DNA of 62,894 nt, counting the filler, from Hyphochytrium catenoides (taxonomy: Eukaryota > Protista > Hyphochytriomycota), in the NCBI GenBank assembly GCA_900088475.1. It is 14 parts of 14 records of this genome, joined end to end, with 100 filler letters (N's around TTAATTAATTAA, not from the genome) between each part and the next. Parts side by side here need not be neighbours in the genome. Positions count along the whole stretch, not along the records: positions 18,796 to 25,370 come from FLMG01000051.1; positions 25,471 to 26,620 come from FLMG01002006.1; positions 26,721 to 30,366 come from FLMG01000798.1; positions 30,467 to 32,682 come from FLMG01002055.1; positions 32,783 to 34,970 come from FLMG01001969.1; positions 35,071 to 37,313 come from FLMG01000469.1; 8 more parts are not named here. One strand, written 5' to 3'. The translations under genes and the position numbers were made by a program. Below, piece by piece: positions 24,348 through 37,313 of the stretch (its first letter is position 1; every line of letters begins with the position of its first letter). Below the pieces are notes generated by a model, which saw only the letters and a program-made list of their open reading frames with translations, made no database searches and was not told where the DNA came from.

Positions 24348-24711
24348 CTCTATCTACTTAAGACCATATCATATCTCCTGCACTCCTTCGCACATTTCTC
24401 TGTCATCTTCCCTCTCTTTCTCTCTCTTTTTTTTTCTTTCTCACTTTCATTAGTCGATTTTTTGCTTGTCTCTCTCCTCTCTCCTCTCTCTCTCTCTCTC
24501 TCTCGCTCTCGCTGTTCATTCTCTTTCTCTCTTTCCCATTTCCTCGTCCTCGTAGATTACCGATGCCTCTTGCCAGGCCAGCTGGAATTCGTTTCCAATA
24601 ATCGCAAGCGGCATGGAGAGAAAGAGAGCGCCCGCAATCATGGCGACGGCACCGATGAGACGACCCATTAAAGTCGCAGGAACCATGTCGCCATACCCCG
24701 CTGAGGTCATT
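19332..24711 (-). CDS. Voltage-gated K+ channel-like protein with two 6TM domains in tandem (partial, 9 exons)
   Basis: Phase-consistent exons 24711-24561 (MTSAGYGDMVPATLMGRLIGAVAMIAGALFLSMPLAIIGNEF, pore and S6), 24216-24110, 23498-23240, 22730-22600, 22062-21943 (RQQMWFLMEVPDGS, pre-S1), 21206-20999 (S1, ETMP), 20617-20505, 20015-19876 and 19444-19332 (FTLEFVIRLF...NMIDFVSIAPFYLE, S2-S3). Confidence 0.85.
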
Positions 24712-25677
24712 CTAAGGAATATCGAAGGAGAGAGCCACAGAGAGAGAGAGAGAGACAGACACACAGACACACAGAAAGAGAGACACACACACACAGAGAG
24801 AGAAGAGAGAAAGAAGAGGAAAAGAAGAGAGAAAGAACAGAGAAAGAACAGAGAAAGAACAGAGAAAGAACAGAGAAAGAACATAGAGCAAGAAGAGAGA
24901 AAGAAGAGAGAGAAGAAGGGCAGGAGTGGGGAAGAGAGAGGGAGAGCGGGGAGAGCGAAAGAGAAGAAAAGGAAAGAGGAAGAGGTGAAAAGAAAGGCAG
25001 AGAGAGAAGTAGGAAATAAGAAAATAAACAGAAGAGATATCCGTAGAGGCATAATAAGAGAGGGAACGACGGTAGACAGTGGGAAGATAGAGGGAAAGAG
25101 AGTGCATGGGAGAGTGAGAGAGAAAGAAGGGAGGGGAGAGAAGAAGAAAGGCAGAGGGGAAAAAAGGGGAAGAGAACGTGAGAAAAAGAGAGAGACACAT
25201 ACAGAAGAGGAGATGGTCAAGTGTGTAGAGAGGAGCGGAAGAGAGACAAGAGAGGGAAAGAGTAACAAAAAGGGGAAGAGTAATAAGAAGAGAGGGAGAG
25301 AAAAAGAGAGAGGGAGAGAGAAAGAGAGAGAAGGAGAGAGCGAGCGAGCGAGCGAGAGAGAGAGAGAGAGNNNNNNNNNNNNNNNNNNNNNNNNNNNNNN
25401 NNNNNNNNNNNNNNTTAATTAATTAANNNNNNNNNNNNNNNNNNNNNNNNNNNNNNNNNNNNNNNNNNNNGAGAGCGATGAGCCAAGTAAAGTGTTAGTT
25501 TAAGGAAGATAATATATTCTGCAGCATAGACCTGATAGAAGAGACCGCACTTGCGAGCTGAATGGCAGAGAGAACGAATGTGGATTACAAGGAAAGAAAG
25601 AATGGATCAAAAAGAACGAGAGGAGAGAGAGGGGGAGAGAGGGAGAAAGAGAGCGAGACCGAGAGAGAGAATGAGAG

Positions 25678-25715
<38 letters not shown>

Positions 25716-25748
25716 AAAGAAAGAAAGTGAGGTTGCCTCCTTTCTTAC

Positions 25749-25944
25749 AGGGTTTGCCCGCTCCACGCACAGTAGTTGTTAAAGTAGAACATGGTCAGGG
25801 TGAGGACAATGTTCTTATAGAAACTGTACAGAACCACTGGAGATGCATCCAGCCAATGGCAGAACGGCCACAGGCAAGCGGACAGAGCCGAGAGAAACAG
25901 AGAGACCGGGAAACAGAGAGAGAGTCACAGAGAGAGAGAGAGTC

Positions 25945-25975
<31 letters not shown>

Positions 25976-26517
25976 ATAGAGAGAGAGAGAGAGAGAGAGA
26001 GAGACTTTGTTAGTTTCCAAAGACGCTTTCACAGTTCGAGGGTCTCGCTCACCCTTGGACATCCTCCTATAGTTCCAGCGGCCGTGAACGAGAAGGAGGC
26101 GCTTTAAGTACCGGAACTGCCCGATAGCAAAGTCGCTGTTGTTTACTGCTTGCATTCCTTCCTTTCCGCTGATGCCGACCCCGATGTGCGCCTCCTACAG
26201 AGAGAGAAGTGAGAAGAGAGGCAAAGACTGAAAGAGAGAGAGAGAGAGAGAGAAATGAACTCTGATGAGGAGTGCCAGACTTGACTTTTGAGAAGACAGG
26301 AATGGGCTGGGAAGAAAAGAAGATCTATTGGGTGCTTCGGGTTATGCTTTCTCTGCATTGTCTCGCTCACCTGGAGCATGCCAACGTCATTGGCACCGTC
26401 TCCAATGGAGAGAGTCATGGGCTCCGGATGCACACCTTTCTTTACCATTCGAACGATCTCTGCCTTCTGAGAGGGAGATACACGGCAGGCAATAGCGACC
26501 TTGCAGAGCCGCGCCAG
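25749..26517 (-). CDS. P4-type ATPase (phospholipid flippase), internal fragment
   Basis: Exons 26517-26371, 26194-26053 and 25836-25749 give [65 protein letters not shown] and LYSFYKN. Confidence 0.95.
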
Positions 26518-26831
26518 CTGATAGAAAGAGAACGAGATCTGTGAGATGTGGATTGCTGGAGGAGTCAAGAGAACCTGCAGATGACCGACCACAAGGAACA
26601 TTTTTTCTGCAACTTTGTTTNNNNNNNNNNNNNNNNNNNNNNNNNNNNNNNNNNNNNNNNNNNNTTAATTAATTAANNNNNNNNNNNNNNNNNNNNNNNN
26701 NNNNNNNNNNNNNNNNNNNNTTCAGGCCAATGGACTGGATTACTCATATCAGAGGGCGAGCTCCAGAGCTTGCTCCTCTATCTTAAGCCCTGTGCTCATA
26801 CAACAATAGAACTACATTCCGCACTCCTCAA

Positions 26832-28006
26832 CAGGGGTGTGTGGTATTATCACCTTCTGGGACCGGTACGATAGTAGCGAAGCACTTACCAAGATTAGTT
26901 TAGAGTGATAGTATTGTTTCCTACCGATACCTACAAATACCACATCGGTACGGATCTCTACCGAAACTAACATGGTAGGTATTGGTATACCAAAATCAGT
27001 CCCGAAATTGGAATCGACCGGTATCACCTACCGGTACTTGCACCAACATTGACTCCAGCGGTACTGGATACCGGTAGTTAGTACCGACACTTGGCTGGTC
27101 GATATTATCGATCGTGACCGGTAATTGGTACCGATATTGCCCTTGACTGCTGGTAGGTACGCTAGCACTCAACATAGCAGGGGTCTGCACCGACATTTGC
27201 TACATGCCAGTGGTCGTCACTACATTATTATCATTACTGTCGTCACAAGTATTTATTAGCGGAGGATTCGCATCCCACCGTCGTGGAGAGCTATCGTTGT
27301 GAGAAGACGGATGGTAATGGAGCAGTTTTTGTTAGTATCCTACTTACTAGTAGAAGATAGAAGAGCAGTCAACGACGGTAACTTACCATTACTTGTTGTT
27401 TTTGGTTGTCTTCTTGTCTTCTCCAACAACATAATACAAGACTGCCTGTCGACGAAAAGCTTTATAATAAGTAGTAGTTTAACCACGATGCGTTCCTTCT
27501 TCTTAGGGTTCTCCCTTATGCTGGTGATCGATGATGATGGTCAAAAGGTTCAGGAGAAGAAGAGCGCGTCCCGTCGTGGTGGTGATGACCCATTTTACTC
27601 ATCATAACAATGATAATATTCGTCGATACTAATAGGAAGGGGTATTATCCTAATCATCAACGATAAACTATTATGCTGCTGCTCCATGGAGCCGCCGGCG
27701 GTCGTCCTCCTGCCCTTGCGGCTTCGCCTCCAGAATTGCATTGTCTCACAGTGAGTACCGGTATTATGCCCAAGAAGAAGAGTGGATACTATCATCAACC
27801 ACTACTACTAGGTAGATACCGAGATAGCTCTGACGGTGGATACTATCAATAATGCATACCGAGATTGGTACCGAAGGTAAATACCATCAACACCCGAGTA
27901 CCTAGATTAGCTCTGACGGTTGATACTATCCAATACTCAATACCGGAAATGATACCGGTATTACACCGGTATTACCCAATACCGGTACCAATACCGCACA
28001 CCCTTG
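26832..28006. mobile_element. Non-autonomous hAT-type DNA transposon (1175 bp)
   Basis: 17-bp imperfect TIRs caggggtgtgtggtatt / aataccgcacacccttg (15/17 match). Exact 8-bp TSD ctcctcaa at 26824-26831 and 28007-28014. Subterminal clusters of ACCGGT/GGTACC/ATACCG motifs. No transposase ORF. Confidence 0.88.
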
Positions 28007-29710
28007 CTCCTCAACCTTGATGAGCTTGGAGTTCTACGAGTGCAGCACAAGATAAGAGGAACCCTTGGAGCGGCGGCTTTTACTTCTATTATTATCTTTG
28101 TTATCTGGATAAGGAAAAGTCTTACGCGCTCCCACTTATCTCGCACGTCTGGTTGGGCGCGCTGCTCCTCTATTTTGATGAGAAGAAGCTATAGAAACAG
28201 AAAAGATAGGCTCTAGAAGTACGGCACCCTGGCCTTAGCAGCAGAATATGCGTGAGAGCCAGCGAAAGTTGCCACGGCACTATACTGTCGCCACATCATC
28301 CCAGACTTCCCATCCATCTTTTGCGGGGATCTGGAGAGGCGGAGGGTAAAAAGGGAGTCACTTTGTTCATGTTCTGTCGGAACAAGAGGTCCTCACCACA
28401 CGCTCACACCTTGGACCATGCAACAACAAGGAACACCCCGTAGCCCGTGGGCTCTAGAACTAAAGAATGGTTCCTCTCTGACACGATATCGTTGTGGTTG
28501 TTGGCACCTAATCATTATCCCTTATTATTATGCAGCTTGGTGGAAGGGTGGAGCGGGTGAAGGGGACCAGGCTACAGTACAAAGTGCACCATTGCAAGGT
28601 CATCACAGTCGTGATCCACTTCATAATACCCAGTGGTTACGGCTGACTGTCTTGCCGAAGGAGGACGGCCGCTGGAGTTTTTGTCATCAAAATCTTTCCT
28701 TGACATCCAAACGCCACGATATCCTCATCAAAAGTTTGGGCACTGAGTGAGCAGGAGGAGGAAGAATGAATGCAGCAGAGGGTTTGGGTTAACTCATTCA
28801 TGGATGGAATAGTGGCGAGATTCTTCCGCCCAACTCTTGATGTGAGGAAATGATGCTGCCCCTTGTCCAAAGGAGAAGATGATAATAGGGGTCCATCAAG
28901 AAGGTCTACCGACAACGAACGACCCAGAGCCATCTTCACCCTATGTACATACTATCCTTATTATTCCTCCACTCCAACGAACACCGCACCAGCAGCGAGG
29001 TTAGTAGTAAAGTGGTGGGTGGTGCTCGCTCGCTGGGTGCTTACCGCCCAAGAGGTCGAGCTCTAGCGACCAGCCTCCTTCTTTCTTGCTCCTTTATTAT
29101 TCAGTCCCGTCTTTGGCTAATAACACTGCGGCTGTTGGCAGCTTCCCTCTGCAGCAGACTACTACGGCGCGTGGTTGTCATAGTGCCCGTTGTTCATTAT
29201 TTTAAGAAAGTCAGAGTCGCCGTTGATTGTGGAAGTCGTGTCAAGTACCTTAGAAAGGGTCAACGGAAGCCAACCACCATGAGAGATGAACTACTGATGT
29301 TTCCTATATGATCATGGTCTTCCGATGAATAATAGTTCCACCCTTGGTTCCACCAGTCCCTTCAGCAGCCCTATTTTATGACAGTAATAATAACAGGTAG
29401 GAGCTACTAGAACTATCGTTTTTCAATGCGTTTTTTCAATGAAAGAGCAAGAAGGCTGCTACTCGTTAGATATTGTACTCTTTTATTTATTATATTGTTG
29501 TATTTATTTATGATGAAGAAAATCAGTAGAGAGTGTGAAATCGACTACTGTTTGAAGAAGATGAAAGAAGCAAATATGTACTACGAAGCAACAAAAGAGA
29601 ATGGAGAAAGAGCTAAACCTCACGGTCAACAGACTAATTCTAGAAGAAGAAGAAAGAGAAGAAGAAGAAGAGGAAGAAGAAGAAAAGAAAAACTAAGAAG
29701 AAGAAGAAAG

Positions 29711-30366
29711 AGACTAATTCTAGAAGAAGAAGTAAGAGAAGAAGAAGAAGAGGAAGGAGAAGAAAAGAAAAACTAAGAAGCCTTAGGCTCTTCCAGCATC
29801 CCAGCTCGAACCTGCTCCCTGCTCATCATCAGTAAAAGAAGAATCATAGTTGATTTCCTCAGTAATGATGAGCGGAGAAGAAGGAGAAGGAGGAAGAGGT
29901 GAACCATCAGCAACCATGTCATCATCAGCAACCATGTCATCGCCAGCAACCATCATGTCAACACCGCCGGGCTCAACCGTCGCGAGACAAGCAAGAGAAG
30001 GGTCCAGCTGTTCAGGAGGAACGCGCTTCAATTATGAAGAAAATTTTTAATAGGAACTTACTGCTACTACTATCGCTACTACCAGACTAATTCTAGAAGA
30101 AGAAGAAAGAGAAGAAGAAGAAAAAGAAGAAGAAGAGAAGAAAAGCTAAGAAGCCTTAGGCTCTTCCATCATCTCAGCTCGAACCTGCTCCTTGCTCATC
30201 ATCAGTAAAAGAAGAATCATAGTTGACTTCCTCAGTAATGATGAGCGGAGAAGAAGGAGGAGGAGGAGGTGAACCATCAGCAACCATGTCATCATCAGCA
30301 ACCATCATGTCATCACCAACAACCATCATGTCAACACCGTCGAGCTCAGCCGTCGCGAGACAAGCA
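29711..30366. repeat. Diverged direct repeat, ~373-bp period (second copy runs to the contig end)
   Basis: 29711-29993 aligns with 30084-30366. The motif agactaattctagaagaagaag also occurs at ~29631. Confidence 0.85.
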
Positions 30367-30467
30367 NNNNNNNNNNNNNNNNNNNNNNNNNNNNNNNNNN
30401 NNNNNNNNNNTTAATTAATTAANNNNNNNNNNNNNNNNNNNNNNNNNNNNNNNNNNNNNNNNNNNNT

Positions 30468-30581
30468 TCCAGGGAGCAAATTATGGAGGCGATGGCCGAC
30501 TATCAGTTTGGAAAGAACGGCTTTGAAAAGGCACCCCGTTGGCAATCAGAGATTGGTAAACCCATTACTGACCGAATGTAA
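30468..30581 (+). CDS. Pirin, C-terminal 37 aa (gene truncated by the contig start)
   Basis: SREQIMEAMADYQFGKNGFEKAPRWQSEIGK...stop matches the eukaryotic pirin tail (EEI-QA--DF---KNGFE-A--W-S). Confidence 0.8.
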   Translation, partial: SREQIMEAMADYQFGKNGFEKAPRWQSEIGKPITDRM

Positions 30582-31005
30582 TATCATTCTTTCTTCAAGT
30601 TCTTCACAACCTAGTGTCCCCTAGAAGTAACTTACCGGGCGGCCAGACAGCCCTGTCACCAGTAGGACGATAGTAACAGTACCCTATATAATAGACTTGC
30701 ATTATAGCGTGAATAGCCACTTCTTCTTAGTACACCTCGAGATGCAATAAATTCACCTTCATCAATTAAGGCGCATAATGTCTTCCCTGCAATCATAACC
30801 AAGGAGACTTTGGTCATTAATGGAAGATCACACATACACCATACTTATCACGGAGCAGGGAGTAAGGGAGCGAAAAGATTTTTCCAACTTTCATGAACAA
30901 GTGGGAAGAGAGTTCGGCTCCATTTGCCTTATATAGATAGAGTTTAGGCATTAGTCACTGTGTCAAGCAGAAACTACTCCCCGGCTCTAAACTGCGTAGT
31001 GGCTG

Positions 31006-31113
31006 ATGAAGCTGCTTTCTTCTCTAGTGGGACTTGTGGACGCTTGGCATTAAGCGATTAATGAAGCTGCTCTCTCTAATGGGACTAGTGGACGCTTGCC
31101 ATTGAGCGTTGAT
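31006..31113. repeat. Two diverged ~55-bp tandem copies
   Basis: atgaagctgct...gggact(t/a)gtggacgcttg(g/c)catt(a/g)agcg at 31006 and 31061. Confidence 0.8.
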
Positions 31114-34100
31114 AGACAGACAAAAACAGCCAATGCAGCTAACTTCCTCACCCCCTTCGAAGAGGGTGAATTAGCTCTGCTATGGGTAACTAAAAGGAAA
31201 AAGGACGGATGAATAACCCACGAGGTCCAAGAAGATAGGTCAATGGGGTTATAGAGAGTCAAAGGGTCTGGAGCATGCGCTCAAACTTGAGCTCGACAAC
31301 GTGACGCTTCAACGAGAGGCTGTGCTTCAATGAGGGCCTATGCTTCCATATGTCGAACTGCTCATCCTCCGAAGTGCAGGCCCAGAGCCAATAATCATGA
31401 AGCCGTCGCTACTCCATCTAGTGGCTGAAGCTTCTTGATCACTTGACGATCCCTCAGCTACCTCGTAGTAGTAGAGAGCCAGTAGTCCCTCAAGCCTACG
31501 TCGTTCCTCTACCGTGGGAGCGAAGCCGCGTAGAACACCGTGGTGATGTGAAAGAGCTTGTATCTTTTACTTTCACTTTATAAAACTCGTTTAACAATCT
31601 TAGAGAGAAAGAGAGCTGGATCTACCTCGTCATCAACCTGTCTTCCGTATATAGGCCAGCCAAGCATGCTCTTGCCCGTCTGCTATTGCTGCCGATACCG
31701 TACCTTGCTCTCAAACATTTGTGATACAACGCACATCCTCACTACTTCCTCTTCAGCCATCACAAACAGTGATCCTGAGATTACCTTCTGCTGCCTTGAG
31801 TGCCTTTCCGCGACATTCCTGATGCGGCAACTTCTGTGAGTTAAGCTCTACACTCTGAGAACCTTTCGTGGCCGTTGGCCTGTCGATGAGGAGCGAGGAA
31901 AGCCGGAGAATGGTGGACAGAGGATGGAGGTGGTCCTGGTCTGTCTCTTCATCCAACAATCCTATGATTAACTAACAAATGGCACCCCCTGTCTCTATAA
32001 GCGGGCACCTACTAACAACTATCAAATATGGCCGATTGTGGTCCGACTAGCAAGGTGTTCTAGCAACGATCACCTCACATTGGACAGAATACGACGCGGC
32101 ACACCTAACAGCAGCCTAACAACTACGACGTTAGTACATCACCTTGTCATTCTATGGACCCAACAGAGACAGGCGATGACCAACCAAGGGAATCTTCTTG
32201 TTGTGTACGAAGGAAGAAGGTTGGCGAATGCTCCTCATCTCAAGTGGCAGAGCTTCCGGATGATGAAGTCAGGGCTGGCACCGACATGACGTGACAAGAT
32301 CACTCCTCAGGCGATAGGTCTTGCCGACGGCGCTGAATGGTTGCCTTCGGAAGCCTTGCGTTGGACTCGCTAGGACAGAGGGACCACCTAGGGAAGGCTC
32401 CTCACAAGTCAGTGTTCTAAGGGTGGGGCTTTTGCATGTGTTGGTGCCACGCCGCCAAAAGGTTGAGCTGAAAAGGCATTTTGAAGCCTGAGCTTTGAGG
32501 TTAGAACAGCCAAACCGTCTAGCCTTCTTATACCCAGATCGCTTCCGCCTTGACTCTCTCCGGGAACCGCCTTTCCTCAGGAGGTTTGGAAGGACATTGC
32601 CGCTGTATTGAAAGCCGCACCTCTACTCTGGCCAAGGTAGTTAAGGCTGCGAAGAGCCAACACTGGTGTAGACGAGATGACTNNNNNNNNNNNNNNNNNN
32701 NNNNNNNNNNNNNNNNNNNNNNNNNNTTAATTAATTAANNNNNNNNNNNNNNNNNNNNNNNNNNNNNNNNNNNNNNNNNNNNTTCAGTCCTTGTGAGACT
32801 GCCTCTTCCTTGAGAAGATCGACAAAAATATAGTGGATAGTCGAAGGTGCCGAAATTTGGCAATCTCTCGTTGACTGCTAGTGAGTCTGGTTGAGGGCTT
32901 ATTGGATTGCTGAGCGGCTTATTTCCCAAGAACAGAGAGGGACAAGAAGCTTTCTGCAACAAAGCTCTTGAATCTCTTCGAGTAAGCAAAGTTTAACGCG
33001 AAACGCTGCAATAGCGGCAATCCAATGTAGCAGCTAACAGCAGATTGCGCTGCCGTCCCAGACTACGCCAAACCGGAGATTAGACCTTCAGAAAAATGCA
33101 GGATCGCTCTCAGCTCTCACAAAGGAACGAGAGAGCGTTTATAAAAATAGTGACAATTCCTTCCCAAGATGATAAGCGGGCCCTGCACACCCTCTCCCCG
33201 CCTAGTCGCAGTCAGTTCTGATCCTGCAGCACACACCTTGCTAACCCTCCGTGTTGAACGATGATTAGAGGTTCCCAGTTCCCAGAGCACTTTTAGAACT
33301 ACTGAAGAAGAAAGCCAGAGATCTTCTTTGTCTCCCGGATCTTTCTCCAGTTCCCTCTCATTCAAGGCGCGTCCACGATCGATCACTGCTTCAGCTGAAG
33401 CAGCAGCAAGCTATGATAATGACAGCAAAGCAAAGCAAAGCAAAGAGCGGAAAGAGTTTCATCTGGACCTTGATCTCACATACAGAGCATCTGATCCCTA
33501 ACTCTTAGCCTTTCTTCGCGACAGGCCCACTCGACAGAGAAGGTGCGTGCTTGAAAACTGTGAAACGCCAACCCGAATCTACCACGAGACAGAGTGAAGA
33601 GGATCACGTGGAAATAACAAGGATACATCACGCAAGAGATGAGGTTGAAGGTTGGGGAAAACACAATGAGGGTGAGGTGGGAATATCAAACATGTCTCAT
33701 TCCATAGAAGGAAGCTTTCACTGCTACAGAAGGTTTGGAAAGCTTCGAGTCTAGCACAATCTAAGGGGTTAAACATGAAGCTTTCATGAATTGAATGACC
33801 TTATAGCGAATATTTCGTGGGCCCAACGCTCAGCGGCTCAGGGATAAGAATTCTGTGTCACCTTTGTAAAGCATTTGTTGTAGGGCTTTTAGGACTGCGT
33901 TGGGCCTACAGGTTCTTTAGTGCCAGCAACCTTGCAAGAATAGAGAGAGGAACAAGACCCAGCGTCATCACTCCCCTGCTCCCAAGCCCGTCATTATGAA
34001 GGAGACTATGGTTTTTATGGAAGTTTGGGCGGTGGGTCCTCGGAGAGCTACCGATACACGACTATGGAAAAGGCTTGCTGTAGAAGTGAAACAAGGGGTT

Positions 34101-34325
34101 ATTTTATTATTAGAAAAGGGAGAAAGGACAGGGAGGGGAAATTTTTGTGAGCTTGCACTTGCTAAGCCTTAGAATGTCATCACCTGTAGCGCGATTCTCC
34201 TCGTAAATAAAGAGTCATCTTTAGTAGTAGTAGAGTAGGGAGGAAGAGCAATAGGATCTTGGGCTTTGGCCTCAAGTTGTTATGTTCCTTCGAGTGACTG
34301 GCATCTTCTTCTTGGTAGAGGCCAA

Positions 34326-34433
34326 CTCGCCAAGTCGCAAGTGGCAAGAAAAAGAAGCTGCTTTACTACTCCAAACAATCTCGCCAAGTCGCAAGTGGCA
34401 AGAAAAAGAAGCTGCTTTACTACTCCAAACAAT
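34326..34433. repeat. Exact 54-bp tandem duplication
   Basis: ctcgccaagtcgcaagtggcaagaaaaagaagctgctttactactccaaacaat, two copies. Confidence 0.9.
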
Positions 34434-35244
34434 AATGAGGAAGAAACCAAACAGTAGAGGTAAAGGGGAGTATCCACTAGTCTATGTATGGCGATTCGTG
34501 CACTTTTCCAACTAGTTCGTGCACTTTCCAGCTGTTCTTGCTCTGGAAAATGCTAATTATAATAAGTGGAGCAGTGATATAACGAGCAGAGCAAGAACAG
34601 CTGAACGCGAAGTACACTTCTTTCGGCACCGCTTGATCAGGCAAATGTCCTTGGCTCTGCACGAGGAGGCAGCCCGAATGATTGTTTTTGGTTGACCCCA
34701 CCTACCTTTTCTTGCTGCTTTCCACTCTTCTCCTCTCCTCCCTTTCTTTCTTTCCCTCGTTCTTCTTCTTCTCAACCTACGACCTCCCCGGCTCCTGTTC
34801 CTCCTCCTGTTGATGATGTTCAAGGGGAGATTCAAGATTTTTTTCTCTCCCGCATTATTATTGGTGAGGAAGATGATCTCCCCGCGTCCTCCTCAGTGTC
34901 CCCGCAGCTCTCGCTTCCTGCCCAACATCCTCCCCGCCCGGCCGCCTCCCTTGGTGGTCAAGTGATGACGNNNNNNNNNNNNNNNNNNNNNNNNNNNNNN
35001 NNNNNNNNNNNNNNTTAATTAATTAANNNNNNNNNNNNNNNNNNNNNNNNNNNNNNNNNNNNNNNNNNNNTCTCTCTCTCTCTCTCTCTCTGAGCCTTGT
35101 GCGCGGACGATGGCAAGTCTCTTATCTGTCTCTTGATTGAACGTATTTGAGACTTGACGTCTTCCTGATACAGTTCCCCTTGGCTCGGCGGACTTGCCTT
35201 GAACTTTATAAGTCGCTTGGACTTACTTACTTATGTCCCTGCAG

Positions 35245-36392
35245 GATCATGGCGCGGATGACAGCTCCGGGCGCGGTGGTGGAGACTGCGGCGCTCATCA
35301 TCCTGCTCGCTCTCATGCTCATCAGGTGGCGACCCTCTCTCTAACTCTCTCCCCCTCTCTCTCCCTCTCTCTCTCCCCTCTCTCTGTCGCTCTCTTTGTC
35401 TCTCTCTTTGTCTCTCTTTTTGTCTTTCTCTCTGTGTCTCTCTCTCTCTGTCTCTCTGTGTCTCTCTCGGCTCTCGGCTCTCTCAGTGTCTCTCTCTCGC
35501 TCACTCTCTGGCTCTCTCTCTTTCGCGGGCACTCTTTCTCTCTTTCTCTCTTTCTCTCTTTCTCTCACAACCTCTGTTTACCTCCCTGGTGTTCTCTCTC
35601 TACCCTTCTTTCTCCTCCTGGTCGCCGTTTTCACTCTCGTCCACAAATTGACTCCGTGTGCTCTCACGTGTCCTCTCTTCGAAAACTCTGGCTCTCTTCC
35701 TCTCTTTCTTCTCTTTCTTCTCTCGCTCTTTTGTCTTTGTCTCTCATCTCGTGTTCTCTCTCTCTTTCTCTCTTTCTCTCTCCTGTACAGACTGGTGGTG
35801 GACGTCTTTGGAGAAGCTCTGAAGATCATTTTCCCTTGCTTCACGACTCTGGCCACGAACCACGCTTCGATGGATGAATATCCAAACTATTTCTTAGGTC
35901 TGCGGCCGTCTTATCCTCTCAGCGCCATCTCGCTCTCTCTCTCTTTCTCTCTCACACTGTCTCTCTTAATTTATGTCTCTTCCGCCTTGTTCTTCCCTCT
36001 TCTCTCTCTCTCTCTTCTCTGTCCCATATGGTCCTTCTCTCTTCAGTGTCAGTAGCTCAGTTATTCTTGTCTTTCCTATCTCGTGCTTCGTTGTACTGCG
36101 TCTCACTGATGCTTTCATTGACCTGCGACCGATACCTCGATGTCCGTTGTGCCTCTATTCACTTTCGCCCATGGTCTCGCTCCTTTTTCTCTCCCTTTTT
36201 CTCTTTCTGTCTTTTTCTCTTTCCTTTTCTCGCTCTCTCTCTCCTCTCGCTTTCTTCCCTCCTCTCGCTTTCTTTCCTCCTCCTCTCTCTCTCTTTCTCT
36301 CTCTGTCCCTGGGCCCGCTGTTCTGTCTGTCTGTCTCTCTGGCATATTCTTAAATCTCTCTTGCTCTATCTCACTCACACTTCTCTTTCTCC

Positions 36393-36435
<43 letters not shown>

Positions 36436-36583
36436 ACACTCTCTATAAATAGCTATTCCCGAGCATATCCTGCGAGAGCAGCTAATGGATCACAGCGTCA
36501 AGCCAGAGCTGCAGCACCAATACGAGAGAGCCTTAGAAGAGAAGGTAAAGCAGCACATAGAACTTCGTTCTTTTCTCTCTCTC

Positions 36584-36619
<36 letters not shown>

Positions 36620-37081
36620 CCCTCTCTCTCTTCCTCCCTCTCTTTCTCTCCCTCTCACTCTCTCTCACTCTCTCTCGCTCGCTCTGTGTCTCTTCTTGTG
36701 TCTCTTTGTCTCTTTCCCTTCCCTCTCTCTCTCTTTTCTCTCCCACTGTCTCTCTTCTCTTTCTCCTTACCACCTTGCTCTTTAGATGAGTATGAAGCAA
36801 AACGGCACGACCTTTGAAGCTAAAGGGAAAACCTTCTCGAAGCTCCACTCTTATGGTGAGAACCCGCTCCAGAGAGAAAGAAAGAGAGAGAGAGAGAGAG
36901 AGAGAAACTCCTCTTTCTCTCCCTCTCCCACTTCCCTTCCGCGCTTAATTCTGAAAACAGATCTTCCTTGCCTCCATCCTCTTCTCGCCACTTTCTTGCC
37001 TTGTTTTCTAGTGCTGGCAGTCTTTCTTGGACAGCCGCTGCTCTTGGCTTCACGCTCTGTCCTTAGCTCTCTCTGTCTCTC

Positions 37082-37141
<60 letters not shown>

Positions 37142-37313
37142 TTCCTTTCTCTTTCTTTCTCTGCACTCTCTCACGCACACACTCACAATTCCTCTTTGTC
37201 TCTCTCTCTGTGTTTCCCTGTCTCCTTGTCTCTCTCTCTTTCTTTCTCCCTTAGATATGTCCCAGAACAGTAACTTTATTGAGTCTTTCGCGCTGGACGC
37301 CGCCTGCTTGAAA
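35245..37313 (+). CDS. Spliced membrane-protein gene fragment, possibly the C-terminal part of a TMC-like protein
   Basis: Phase-consistent short exons 35245-35325, 35791-35897, 36453-36544, 36786-36855 and 37255-37313 encode a TM helix followed by YPNYF...KLHSYDMSQNSNFIESFALD. The exon model is solid; the family call rests on recalled similarity only. Confidence 0.5.

Noticed and set aside
28480-33400. Possible decayed transposase or gene fragments (28480-28940, 31250-31960, 32783-33400)
   Set aside because: No motif I could assign with confidence, and the frames are interrupted by stops.
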